This document shows, piece after piece, positions 1 to 9,537 of a stretch of DNA of 64,000 bases (positions within the stretch are counted from its first letter, which is position 1; each line of letters starts with the position of its first letter). The DNA comes from Lachnospiraceae bacterium (GTDB lineage: Bacteria; Bacillota; Clostridia; Lachnospirales; Lachnospiraceae), in assembly GCA_024680055.1 (NCBI GenBank), contig JAILCP010000054.1:31759-95758 (forward strand), in the 5' to 3' direction. The position numbers and the translations under genes are program-made. The notes beneath the pieces are model-generated. The model had not been told where the DNA came from and made no database searches. It saw nothing but the letters and a program-made list of their open reading frames with translations.

Positions 1-504
1 AAGCTGATGGGACTTGGAGAAATTCAAAAAGTATTGCAAAATCTTTTACGAGAACAGATCTCCATAAGAGATTTGCTTACCATATTTGAGTGTTTGGCTG
101 ATCATGCGGCCACCACACGAGATACCGATGTTTTAACAGAATACGTACGACAGGCACTGAAGCGTTCCATTTCAGCCAAGTATTTCCCGGCCAATGAAAC
201 CACCAGTGTGGTAACCCTAGATCCGAAGGTGGAGCAGGACATTATGAGTTCGGTAAAACAGACAGAGCAGGGTGCATATCTTACAATGGATCCGGAAAGA
301 ACCAAGGCCATTATCAGTTCTTTGGAAGAAGAACTTGCAAAACTTGAGAACCTTGGAAAGAATCCGATTGTAATAACATCGCCGATTGTAAGAATGTATT
401 TTATGAAACTAACAGAGGATTACGTAAAGGATTTGATTGTTGTTTCGTATAACGAAATTGATTCTAACGTTGAGTTACAATCAGTAGGGATGGTGACAGG
501 ATAA
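1..504 (+). CDS. flhA: Flagellar export gate protein FlhA, C-terminal part (5' truncated by window edge)
   Basis: Frame open from base 1; LGEIQKVLQNLLREQISIRDLLTIFECLAD...LTEYVRQAL...VVSYNEI is the FlhA cytoplasmic domain; directly upstream of flhF. Confidence 0.95.
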   Translation, partial: KLMGLGEIQKVLQNLLREQISIRDLLTIFECLADHAATTRDTDVLTEYVRQALKRSISAKYFPANETTSVVTLDPKVEQDIMSSVKQTEQGAYLTMDPERTKAIISSLEEELAKLENLGKNPIVITSPIVRMYFMKLTEDYVKDLIVVSYNEIDSNVELQSVGMVTG

Positions 505-505
505 T

Positions 506-1810
506 ATGACGATTAAAAAGTTTATTGGAAAAACAGAAGAAGAGGCTACCGCAAAGGCAAAAGAAGAATTGGGGCCTTCCTGTGTAATAATGAATGTAAG
601 AACCATTAAACCAACAGGGTTTTTGAAAAGTTTAAAGTCAGCAACATTTGAAGTAACAGCTGCCATTGAAGAAAAGGAGTATAAGGTGATTGGAGATGCG
701 GTGAAGGCACAAAATGCCATGCAGTCAGGAAAAATCAATCTTACAGCCAATGAGGATATTGGAAGTATATTGAAAGAAATGCCGGTTGCACCAAGTCAGG
801 CACCGGTACAAAAAGCCGCCTCGGCAGTGGCGGTTGCAGAACCAAAAACTGCGCCAAAGCCAAGACCGACTGTGGCCCAGCAAACAAATTTCAATGGCTT
901 TGAAGAGCGATTAAGTAATTTACAGAACATGTTGGAAGAACGTCTGGCGCCTCCAAAGGTGGAAGTTTCCAAAAAGGAAATAGAAAATGAGGAACCACCG
1001 GTATCCAAGAAAACAGAAAACATCAAATTAATCAAGATGATTTACAATACCTTACTTGAAAATGAAGTAAATGAAAAGTTTGCAAATAACTTGATTGATG
1101 AAGTAGATAAAAGCATTAACAAAAGTGTAAGTGTGGATATGATGCTTGCCAACGTATACCAGAAAATGGTATTAAAATTCGGTCAGCCAAGTCCCATTGA
1201 TATACGAGGCAAAAAACCGAAGATTATCTTTTTTATCGGACCTACCGGAGTTGGTAAAACCACCACAATTGCAAAGGTTGCATCCAAATTAAAAGTGGAC
1301 AGCGGAAAGAGCATTGGCCTTTTAACTGCAGATACTTATCGAATTGCAGCAGAGGAACAGCTTCGAACCTACGCCAATATTCTGGATACATCCCTAACCA
1401 TTATTTACGATGCGGAAGAATTGCCAAAGGCTGTGGAAAAGATTAAAAATGTGGACGTAATTTTGGTTGATACAGCAGGTTTTTCACATAAAAGTACAAG
1501 CCAAAAGGAAGACACAAAAAGATTGATAGAAGCATTACCTGATGCATACGATAAAGAAGTATATCTTGTTTTAAGCGCCACCACAAAGGGCAGAGACTTA
1601 ATTGAAATTGCAAATTCCTACAAAGAAATTGCGGATTACAAATTGATTTTTACCAAACTGGATGAAACAAGCGCTTTTGGAAACTTGTACAATATCAAAA
1701 TGCATACAGGAGTAGCGATTTCTTATGTAACCAATGGTCAAAACGTTCCGGATGACATTGAAGTCTTCGATGCTCAGACGGTTGTCAAGAAATTGCTTGG
1801 AGGTAATTAA
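506..1810 (+). CDS. flhF: Flagellar SRP-family GTPase FlhF
   Basis: MTIKKF..A..K...ELG N-terminus, GPTGVGKTTTIAK P-loop, DTYRIAA, DTAG, TKLDET, NGQNVPDDI motifs. Confidence 0.95.
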   Translation: MTIKKFIGKTEEEATAKAKEELGPSCVIMNVRTIKPTGFLKSLKSATFEVTAAIEEKEYKVIGDAVKAQNAMQSGKINLTANEDIGSILKEMPVAPSQAPVQKAASAVAVAEPKTAPKPRPTVAQQTNFNGFEERLSNLQNMLEERLAPPKVEVSKKEIENEEPPVSKKTENIKLIKMIYNTLLENEVNEKFANNLIDEVDKSINKSVSVDMMLANVYQKMVLKFGQPSPIDIRGKKPKIIFFIGPTGVGKTTTIAKVASKLKVDSGKSIGLLTADTYRIAAEEQLRTYANILDTSLTIIYDAEELPKAVEKIKNVDVILVDTAGFSHKSTSQKEDTKRLIEALPDAYDKEVYLVLSATTKGRDLIEIANSYKEIADYKLIFTKLDETSAFGNLYNIKMHTGVAISYVTNGQNVPDDIEVFDAQTVVKKLLGGN

Positions 1811-1811
1811 T

Positions 1812-2690
1812 ATGGATCAGGCACAAGGGCTAAGAAATATTGTAAAACGGCAGAACCAGGTAAGTGCCGGTAATGCCAGAGTCATAACGGTCATCAGCGG
1901 AAAAGGTGGTGTTGGTAAATCCAATACGACTGTTAATCTTGCTGTGGAATTACAGCGCCTGGGCAAAAAAGTAATTATTTTCGATGCAGATCTTGGTTTG
2001 GCGAATGTGGAAGTTATGTTTGGAACCATTCCAAAATATAATTTAAGCGACTTGATATATCGTGGTAAGCATATACGAGAAATTATTACAGAGGGCCCGG
2101 AAGGAATCGGTTTTATTTCCGGCGGCTCAGGAATTGTTGGATTAAGAAATTTAAATCGTAATCAGATCGCCTATATTATCCAGAATCTTTCCTATCTGGA
2201 CAACATGGCAGATGTGATCATTGTAGACACAGGAGCGGGAATTGCAGATAACGTGTTAGAGTTTGCTGTGGCAAGTCCGGAGGTGTTACTTGTAACCACA
2301 CCGGAACCCAGTTCACTTACAGACGCTTATACTCTTTTGAAAGCGTTATACAATCACCCGGAATATGACAAGGATGGATTATTGATCCATGTTTTAACCA
2401 ATAAGGTAAATTCTGTGGAAGACGGAAAGGCAGTATACAAAAAGCTGTCTTCTGTGGTAACCAAGTTTTTAAACGGTAATTTGGAACACATTGGAATGAT
2501 TCCAATGGATTCTGCTGTGGAAAAAGCAATTCGTCAGCAAAAACCGGTGACCATTTCCTATCCGGATGCCAATGCATCGGAGGCCTACCGCATTTTAGCT
2601 GATAATCTTATAAATGGAAATCACAATCAGTTGGAAGTGAAAAAGAGAGGTTTGGCTCAATTTTTTGCAGGATTTATGAAGAAAAAATAA
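1812..2690 (+). CDS. flhG: MinD-like flagellar number regulator FlhG/FleN
   Basis: MDQAQGLR start (ATG 1812, not the upstream ORF-track start), SGKGGVGKS deviant Walker A, DADLGLAN, DTGAG, TTPEPSSLTDAY; follows flhF. Confidence 0.92.
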   Translation: MDQAQGLRNIVKRQNQVSAGNARVITVISGKGGVGKSNTTVNLAVELQRLGKKVIIFDADLGLANVEVMFGTIPKYNLSDLIYRGKHIREIITEGPEGIGFISGGSGIVGLRNLNRNQIAYIIQNLSYLDNMADVIIVDTGAGIADNVLEFAVASPEVLLVTTPEPSSLTDAYTLLKALYNHPEYDKDGLLIHVLTNKVNSVEDGKAVYKKLSSVVTKFLNGNLEHIGMIPMDSAVEKAIRQQKPVTISYPDANASEAYRILADNLINGNHNQLEVKKRGLAQFFAGFMKKK

Positions 2691-2705
2691 GACGAGGTAC
2701 GCAAC

Positions 2706-3437
2706 ATGGTAACGGATATTATTAAAGTTGGGACAAAAATTGAAATTATGCCGGAGCCTACGGATTCCGTAAGTGATTCCGGATCCACAACAAGTTATGT
2801 CAGCATGATTCAGGATATTTTCCCAAACGGGGATCTGGAAATTGATATGCCGATTTTTCAAAGGAAATTAATTCTTTTGCATAACGGAATGCGATATAAG
2901 CTTGTTTTTATCTCCGGTAAAAATACCTATATAGCTATAGGAGAAGTGGTGGATCGATACAAATCCGAGAACCGGTATCTTCTTCGTGTGGAATTAAAAA
3001 CCCAGCCGGAGAAATTCCAGCGTCGTGAATTCTTCCGATGCGAGATTCTTTTGGATTTGGAATATATGAATTTGCCAAGGCCGGAAAATCTTGAACAATT
3101 GGATGAAATTTTAAAACTTCAGGAGCAGGACGGATTTGAACAGGAAGTGTATCCGGCATTAATTCTTGATATTAGCGGCGGCGGTATTCGTTTTGTCTCA
3201 AAGAGAGAGAATAATGTTGGGGATTATAAAAAGTTTTTGTTCAACCTTCCTGTGGAGGGGACAATGAAACATTTTGCCATACCTGGACGAATACTTGCAT
3301 GTAAATTAATACAGGACAGCAAGGTGAAATACGAATGTCGCGTGGAATTCGTTAATATAGACAGTAAACAACAAGAGCAAATTATTAGATATATATTTGA
3401 AGAAGAAAGAAAAATTCGAAAACTGTCAAGAGGATGA
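2706..3437 (+). CDS. PilZ-domain flagellar brake protein (YcgR/MotI-like, c-di-GMP receptor)
   Basis: QRREFFR (RxxxR) and DISGGG (DxSxxG) PilZ motifs; position between flhG and cheB. Confidence 0.85.
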   Translation: MVTDIIKVGTKIEIMPEPTDSVSDSGSTTSYVSMIQDIFPNGDLEIDMPIFQRKLILLHNGMRYKLVFISGKNTYIAIGEVVDRYKSENRYLLRVELKTQPEKFQRREFFRCEILLDLEYMNLPRPENLEQLDEILKLQEQDGFEQEVYPALILDISGGGIRFVSKRENNVGDYKKFLFNLPVEGTMKHFAIPGRILACKLIQDSKVKYECRVEFVNIDSKQQEQIIRYIFEEERKIRKLSRG

Positions 3438-3442
3438 TGCAA

Positions 3443-4582
3443 ATGAAGAAAAATATTATGATAGTAGATGACTCTGCACTCATGAGAAGGGTTATGTGTG
3501 ATATAATCACTTCAGATAGTTCCTTCGAGGTGAAGGATGTTAGCAGAGATGGTCAAGAGGCTTATGAAAAAATTGTAGCCAATAAGTATGACGCCATTGT
3601 TCTTGACGTTAACATGCCTCGAATGGGAGGATTGGAATTACTAAAAAAACTTCATAAGGAAAAAATCGATGTTGTGGTTATTATGGCCAGCACATTAACC
3701 AGTGAAGGCTCCAAAGAAACCATTGAGGCATTGGAGTTGGGGGCCGTTGATTTTGTTACCAAACCGGGTAACGTTATTGAGGCCAGAGGAGAAGACTTCT
3801 CCACATCCCTTTTAAATGTGCTTAGAGCAGTGCTGAAAACACCATCACAAAGATTATCCACTCAAGCTGTTGTGGGCACCACTACCCGCAGAACAGAAAC
3901 AGCTTCCAGAAGCGAGGTGACAACAAGGAGGACTTCACCAATGTCTGCACCTACTACCAGAATTAATGAAAAGCTTCCGGAACATTCTACTGTACGAAAC
4001 GGGAACAAACTGGTTGCCTTAGCATGTTCAACGGGAGGACCAAAATCTTTACAAAGTGTAATACCGATGTTGCCAAAAGAAATGGACGCACCGGTTGTAA
4101 TTGTTCAGCATATGCCACCGGGATTTACAAAATCCTTAGCAGACAGATTAAATGAACTTTCCAAGGTTACTGTGGCAGAGGCTCAGGACGGAGATGTATT
4201 ACAAAATGGTCATGTATATATTGCGCCGGGTGGGAAACACCTTACCGTGGTAAAAAGAAACGGAGGCGGTCACATGATCAAATTGGACGATTCACCGCCT
4301 GTAGGAACATTGAAACCATGTGCGGACATTATGTACCGTTCCCTTACTACCTGCGGATACGACGAAATCTGTTGTGTGGTACTTACCGGAATGGGCGCTG
4401 ACGGAGCACAGGGTATCCTGGATCTGAGAAAACGCAAACCGGTTTTTACCATTTCCCAAAGTGCGGAAACCTGTGTGGTTTATGGCATGCCTAAAGCAGT
4501 TGCTGAGGCCGGTCTTTCAAATAAAGTAGTTCCATTAGAACAAGTTGCATCAACAATCATTATGAATGTGGGGGTACAGTAA
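3443..4582 (+). CDS. cheB: Chemotaxis response regulator methylesterase CheB
   Basis: N-terminal receiver (IVDDS...LDVNMP), C-terminal STGGP, QHMP, LTGMGADG; S/T/R-rich linker; in-frame ATGs also at 3434/3437. Confidence 0.95.
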   Translation: MKKNIMIVDDSALMRRVMCDIITSDSSFEVKDVSRDGQEAYEKIVANKYDAIVLDVNMPRMGGLELLKKLHKEKIDVVVIMASTLTSEGSKETIEALELGAVDFVTKPGNVIEARGEDFSTSLLNVLRAVLKTPSQRLSTQAVVGTTTRRTETASRSEVTTRRTSPMSAPTTRINEKLPEHSTVRNGNKLVALACSTGGPKSLQSVIPMLPKEMDAPVVIVQHMPPGFTKSLADRLNELSKVTVAEAQDGDVLQNGHVYIAPGGKHLTVVKRNGGGHMIKLDDSPPVGTLKPCADIMYRSLTTCGYDEICCVVLTGMGADGAQGILDLRKRKPVFTISQSAETCVVYGMPKAVAEAGLSNKVVPLEQVASTIIMNVGVQ

Positions 4583-4584
4583 GT

Positions 4585-6696
4585 ATGGATGTAAGCCAGT
4601 ATCTTGAGATTTTTATTGACGAGACCAGTGAGCATATTCAGAATCTTAGCGATTGCATTATGTCATTGGAACAGGAACCAGACAACAAAGACACCATTAA
4701 TGAAATATTCAGGGCTGCGCACTCTTTGAAAGGTATGGCAGGTACAATGGGATTCAAGAGAATGCAACACTTGACCCATGATATGGAAAATGTATTTCAG
4801 GAAGTTCGTTCCGATAAGATTAAAGTGACCGGACCGATGATTGATATTTTGTTCCAGTGCCTTGATGCCATTGAAGGTTATCTTGATACCATTAAGAATA
4901 CTTCAGATGAAGGTACCGAAGATAACGAAGCAATCATCAACAATTTAAATGATATTTTAAATGGTGGCGATGGTACAGGATCAGCAGCACCGGCTGCAGC
5001 AGAACCGGAAGCTGAAAAGGCGGAAGAAACAGCCGCATCAGAAGAGTCAGCAGAAGGTTTCACATTAAAGTTCCTTGATGACGATTTAAGCGATCAGGAT
5101 AAGGATGCTTTAAAAGAAAAAGAAGAATCCGGTCAGAACGTTTACGGTTTGACTGTTTATATTGACAATAACTGTCTTTTAAAATCAGCCAGAGCATTCC
5201 TTGTTTTCAAAGCAATGGAAGAACTTGGTGAGATTATTTATTACAATCCTGCATCACAGGATATTGAAGACGAAAAATTTGAATTTGATTTCAGCTTTTT
5301 TGTTGCAACCGATCATGAACTGGATGAACTGATCAGTGCAGCAAAGACTGTTTCTGAAATTGAAGAAGCAGTAGGTAAGAAGATTACCCTTGCTGATTTT
5401 GAAAAAGAAGAGCCGGTAAAAGAAGAAAAACCGGCAGTAAAAGAGACCAAGCCTGCGCCTGCAGCAAAACCTGCACCTGCAGCAAAGAAAGCCGGAAAAC
5501 CGGCAGCAACCAACAAACCGGTAACCAGTCGAACCATCCGAATTGATATTGAAAAACTGGATACCTTAATGAATCAGGTTAGTGAGTTGATTATTGCAAA
5601 GAACTCCATTGTTTCCATTTCATCCGCAAATGACGGAGCGGGAGTTCAGAGCCAGTCCTTTACAGAGCAGATTGAATACCTTGAAAGAATCACTACAAGC
5701 CTTCATGAGTCTGTTATGAAAGCTCGAATGGTTCCGATTGAAAGTGTTGTAAATAAATTCCCACGTATGATCAGAGACTTATCCAAGACTTTGGACAAAC
5801 CGATGGAACTTGTTATGACCGGTGAAGATACAGAACTTGACAGAACTGTAGTTGACCAGATCGGTGACCCACTTCAGCATTTGCTTCGTAACTCTGCAGA
5901 CCATGGACTTGAAAATGCCGCACTTCGTATGGAGCGTGGAAAACCTGAAACAGGACACATTTTCTTAAATGCGTACCAGGAAGGAAACAACGTTATCATC
6001 GAAGTTGGTGACGATGGTAACGGTATTGATACACAGAGCGTTAAGGAAAAAGCCATCGAACGTGGAATTGTTTCCGCAGAGCAGGCAGAAACCTTAACCA
6101 AAAAAGAAATTATCGACTTCTTATTTATGCCAAGTTTCTCAATGGCAAAGAAGATTTCTGATATTTCCGGACGAGGCGTAGGTCTTGACGTTGTTAAATC
6201 CAACATTGAAGCTTTAGGCGGAGACGTTGAAGTGAAAACAACTCTTGGAGAAGGTTCCAAGTTTATTGTTCGCTTGCCGTTAACCCTTGCCATTATTCAG
6301 GCTTTGATGGTTGAAATTGAAAATGAAAAATATGCCATTGCACTTGGCTCAATTCAGAATATTGAAGATATTCCGGTTGAGGATGTGAAGTATGTTCAGG
6401 CCAAGGAAGTAATTACCTTACGTGGTTCCGTTATTCCTTTGATTCGTCTTGATGAAATTCTTGACGTTGAAAGAGAAGATCCGGAAGCAGAGAAGAACAA
6501 GACATCACTTACCGTTGTTGTTGTTAGAAAGGGAGACAATTACGCAGGACTTGTAATTGACCGTCTCATTGGTCAGCAGGAAATCGTTATTAAATCTCTT
6601 GGAAACTATATTAACAACAATAAGATTATCAGTGGCGCAACAATTCTCGGTGATGGTGAAGTTGCCCTGATTTTGGATGCCAATACTTTAATTTAG
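4585..6696 (+). CDS. cheA: Chemotaxis histidine kinase CheA
   Basis: HPt IFRAAHSLKG, P2 domain, HLLRNSADHG, DDGNG, SGRGVGLDVV, C-terminal CheW-like domain. Confidence 0.97.
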   Translation: MDVSQYLEIFIDETSEHIQNLSDCIMSLEQEPDNKDTINEIFRAAHSLKGMAGTMGFKRMQHLTHDMENVFQEVRSDKIKVTGPMIDILFQCLDAIEGYLDTIKNTSDEGTEDNEAIINNLNDILNGGDGTGSAAPAAAEPEAEKAEETAASEESAEGFTLKFLDDDLSDQDKDALKEKEESGQNVYGLTVYIDNNCLLKSARAFLVFKAMEELGEIIYYNPASQDIEDEKFEFDFSFFVATDHELDELISAAKTVSEIEEAVGKKITLADFEKEEPVKEEKPAVKETKPAPAAKPAPAAKKAGKPAATNKPVTSRTIRIDIEKLDTLMNQVSELIIAKNSIVSISSANDGAGVQSQSFTEQIEYLERITTSLHESVMKARMVPIESVVNKFPRMIRDLSKTLDKPMELVMTGEDTELDRTVVDQIGDPLQHLLRNSADHGLENAALRMERGKPETGHIFLNAYQEGNNVIIEVGDDGNGIDTQSVKEKAIERGIVSAEQAETLTKKEIIDFLFMPSFSMAKKISDISGRGVGLDVVKSNIEALGGDVEVKTTLGEGSKFIVRLPLTLAIIQALMVEIENEKYAIALGSIQNIEDIPVEDVKYVQAKEVITLRGSVIPLIRLDEILDVEREDPEAEKNKTSLTVVVVRKGDNYAGLVIDRLIGQQEIVIKSLGNYINNNKIISGATILGDGEVALILDANTLI

Positions 6697-6708
6697 GAGG
6701 AATGAAAC

Positions 6709-7179
6709 ATGCCAAGTAAAGCAAATGTAGTGACCACAGATAGTAATAAGAAACAATATATTGTTGTAAAAATTGGCAGCGAGCAGTACGGAATCGATAT
6801 CAGCTATATTGATAATATTGTTCGTATGCAGAAAATTACAAGAGTCCCAAAAGCTCAACCGTATTTCAACGGATGCATCAACCTTCGTGGTGATGTGGTG
6901 CCGGTAATGAGTATCAGAAAGAGAATGGGATTAAAAGCAGATGAATTTACCAATAATTCCAGAATCATTATTTTAAAGATGGAAGAACATGGAAACCTTG
7001 GTGTTATTGTAGATATGGTACGTGAGGTGGTAGTTCTTGGACCGGAAGATATTGATAGCTACAATCCGGAAACCCGTGATGAAAAGAGTCAATTCATTAA
7101 AGGAATCGGTAAAAATAATGGTCAGTTAATTTCATTGCTTGAAGTTAATTCTATTATTGAAGAGAAAGAGAACGTTTAA
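6709..7179 (+). CDS. cheW: Chemotaxis coupling protein CheW
   Basis: ITRVP...GCINLRGDVVPV, GVIVD.V.EV; follows cheA. Confidence 0.93.
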   Translation: MPSKANVVTTDSNKKQYIVVKIGSEQYGIDISYIDNIVRMQKITRVPKAQPYFNGCINLRGDVVPVMSIRKRMGLKADEFTNNSRIIILKMEEHGNLGVIVDMVREVVVLGPEDIDSYNPETRDEKSQFIKGIGKNNGQLISLLEVNSIIEEKENV

Positions 7180-7188
7180 GATAAGTGC

Positions 7189-7219
7189 ACAGTGGGGCCA
7201 TAGATTATGACCTCACTGT
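7189..7219 (+). other. Intercistronic stem-loop between cheW and cheC
   Basis: ACAGTGGGGCCATA-GAT-TATGACCTCACTGT: 14-position stem with one mismatch and one G-U; no strong U-tract. Confidence 0.6.
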
Positions 7220-7241
7220 TGTTATGCTTTAAGGAGGGCGT

Positions 7242-7862
7242 ATGGCAGATTATAATCTTGAAGACATTAATAATATATATTTTGATGTTTTAAAAGAAAT
7301 CGGAAACATTGGAGCCGGAAATGCAACCACTGCGATTGCTTCCATGCTTCAGCTGAGACTGGATATGAAAGTTCCGAACGTTCAGCTTTTAACGTTCCCG
7401 GAACTTGGCGGTGCAGTCGGCGGAGAAGAAGAGCAGATTGTTGGAATTTATTTGGGAGTGGAAAGTGACATTACAGGAAGTATGATGTTCCTTCTGAAAT
7501 ATGATTCCGCAAGATTTTTAGTTAACAAGCTTATGATGAAACCGGAAGATTACGTAGGCGAATTCGATGAAATCGAAATGTCTGCATTAAAAGAGATTGG
7601 AAACATCATTGCAGGTTCATACCTGTCTGCATTAGCTTCCATGACCAATATGACAATTACGCCATCTGTTCCGTATATTGCCATTGATATGGCTGCGGCT
7701 ATTTTAAGTGTGCCGGCTATTCAATTTGGTCAGTATGGAGATAATGCATTGTTGATCCAAACAGAGTTTGGAGATGATGTGATGATTGATGGATATTTTA
7801 TTTTGTTACCGGAGCTGGAATCTTATTCTAAGATTCTTAGTTCTCTTGGAATTCAGGTCTAA
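7242..7862 (+). CDS. cheC: CheY-P phosphatase CheC
   Basis: Two E.GNI motifs (LKEIGNIGAGNA, LKEIGNII), TPSVP; precedes cheD. Confidence 0.93.
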   Translation: MADYNLEDINNIYFDVLKEIGNIGAGNATTAIASMLQLRLDMKVPNVQLLTFPELGGAVGGEEEQIVGIYLGVESDITGSMMFLLKYDSARFLVNKLMMKPEDYVGEFDEIEMSALKEIGNIIAGSYLSALASMTNMTITPSVPYIAIDMAAAILSVPAIQFGQYGDNALLIQTEFGDDVMIDGYFILLPELESYSKILSSLGIQV

Positions 7863-7873
7863 GGAGTTAATGG

Positions 7874-8359
7874 ATGAGTCAGACGATTAAAGTAGGAATG
7901 GCAGATTTAAAAACCGGAAAAGATACGGATATGATCACAACTCTTGGACTGGGTTCATGTATTGGAATCGCCTTATACGATCCGTCTACAAAAATAGGTG
8001 GACTTGCTCATATCATGTTACCGGACAGTACTGCAATTAAAGGTTCAAATAACATTGCGAAATTTGCAGATACAGGTATCGTGGAATTGTTTAATCAAAT
8101 GATTAAAATGGGAGCTAAGAAACCTAGAATAACAGCCCGAATTGCAGGAGGAGCGAAAATGTTCGCCGTCAGCGGTAATTCTACCATTGGTAATGTAGGT
8201 GAAAGAAACGCGGAAAGCGTTCGTAAAACATTAAAAAAGCTTGGAATCAGACTTGTGGCAGAGGACTGTGGATTAAATTATGGTCGTACTGTAGAGTTGT
8301 ATTGCGACACCGGAAAATTTTTAATTAAATCTGTTGGAAAACCGGTGAAAGAAATCTAG
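7874..8359 (+). CDS. cheD: Chemoreceptor glutamine deamidase CheD
   Basis: TLGLGSCIGIALYD, GGLAHIMLP, KFAD, GGAKMF, IGERN-like, EDCG..YGRT. Confidence 0.95.
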   Translation: MSQTIKVGMADLKTGKDTDMITTLGLGSCIGIALYDPSTKIGGLAHIMLPDSTAIKGSNNIAKFADTGIVELFNQMIKMGAKKPRITARIAGGAKMFAVSGNSTIGNVGERNAESVRKTLKKLGIRLVAEDCGLNYGRTVELYCDTGKFLIKSVGKPVKEI

Positions 8360-8391
8360 AATCGATAAATTGTCAAAAGGGTGGAAGTAGG

Positions 8392-8733
8392 ATGAAGAAA
8401 AACTTAAAAACAAGAGCAATCCCATCTGTATGTATGCTGGCCGCCGGCTTTATTCGGTGTGTTTTTGCGGCTGTTTATCGAGAAGAGTTGATTTTTTTCC
8501 TGTGGACCTTGATTTTGGTCATGGTGATTTTTTTGATCATAGGTCACATAGTGAAATTTTTTCTAGACAGGAACTTCAAAGAAATGATTGAAGATGCACC
8601 TGTTGTATTTGAGGATGAGGGAGAAGAAAAAGAATTAGAGAATATAGACGAAAACCAACCAAATGACGAGGGTGTTTTTGTGACGCAAAAGAATCCGGAT
8701 AATCTCGGGGGAGAAGAGACGACTGAGCAATAA
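8392..8733 (+). CDS. Small membrane protein of unknown function (two N-terminal hydrophobic segments, acidic tail)
   Basis: ORF fills the cheD-fliA gap on the operon strand; hydrophobic residues ~10-55. Confidence 0.75.
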   Translation: MKKNLKTRAIPSVCMLAAGFIRCVFAAVYREELIFFLWTLILVMVIFLIIGHIVKFFLDRNFKEMIEDAPVVFEDEGEEKELENIDENQPNDEGVFVTQKNPDNLGGEETTEQ

Positions 8734-8754
8734 ATAGGTGGAGGAATTTACTAA

Positions 8755-9519
8755 ATGAAGGCGGATGAAAAAGAAAAGTTATGGCAGACCTATCGGCAAC
8801 AGCCGACCGCTGAACTACGTGAACAACTGATAATTGAATACTCACCACTTGTGAAAATCGTAGCCGGACGATTGGGAATGTACCTTGGGGGCAATGTGGA
8901 ACATGAAGATCTTGTAAGTTACGGAATTTTTGGACTGATTGACGCCATTGATAAATTCAATCTGGAAAAAGAGGTTAAATTTGAAACCTATGCAAGTTTA
9001 AGAATTCGCGGATCTATTTTAGATCAGATTCGTAAAATGGATTGGATACCAAGGACAATCAGACAAAGGCAACGTAAAGTGGACGATGCCATGAAAGCAA
9101 TTGAAAGCCGTCTTGGCCGTGTGGGCTCAGATGATGAAATTGCTGCAGAGCTTGGTCTTTCTCTGGATGAATACCTGGAGTGGCAAAATCAAATGAAGGT
9201 GACCAATTTGGTTTCCTTAAACGATTTTGAAGAACAGGGACCGGAACCGGTGATGGATTCCAGACACAACAGCCATTTTGCCGAACCGGAAAAGGCAATG
9301 GAGAAATCCGAATTAAAAGTTGCCCTGGCAAACAGCCTTGAACTTTTAACGGAAAAAGAAAAGCAAGTTATTTTATTCTATTACTACGAAGAAATGACTT
9401 TAAAGGAAATCAGCTTGGTTTTAGAGGTCTCCGAATCTCGAATTTCGCAGTTGCATACAAAGGCGTTGCAGAAAATGAAAAAAACCATGGGTGATTATGT
9501 GAATATTTTATACGATTAA
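8755..9519 (+). CDS. fliA: Flagellar sigma factor (FliA/SigD/WhiG family)
   Basis: DLVSYGIFGLIDAIDKF, FETYASLRIRGSILD..R..DW.PR, region 4 EMTLKEI..VL.VSESRISQLH. Confidence 0.95.
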   Translation: MKADEKEKLWQTYRQQPTAELREQLIIEYSPLVKIVAGRLGMYLGGNVEHEDLVSYGIFGLIDAIDKFNLEKEVKFETYASLRIRGSILDQIRKMDWIPRTIRQRQRKVDDAMKAIESRLGRVGSDDEIAAELGLSLDEYLEWQNQMKVTNLVSLNDFEEQGPEPVMDSRHNSHFAEPEKAMEKSELKVALANSLELLTEKEKQVILFYYYEEMTLKEISLVLEVSESRISQLHTKALQKMKKTMGDYVNILYD

Positions 9520-9537
9520 ATTTTGGGGGACTTGCTT

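Noticed and set aside
8342-8368. Possible sigma-28 promoter (ATCGATAA) upstream of the 8392 ORF
   Set aside because: No TAAA -35 element at the expected spacing
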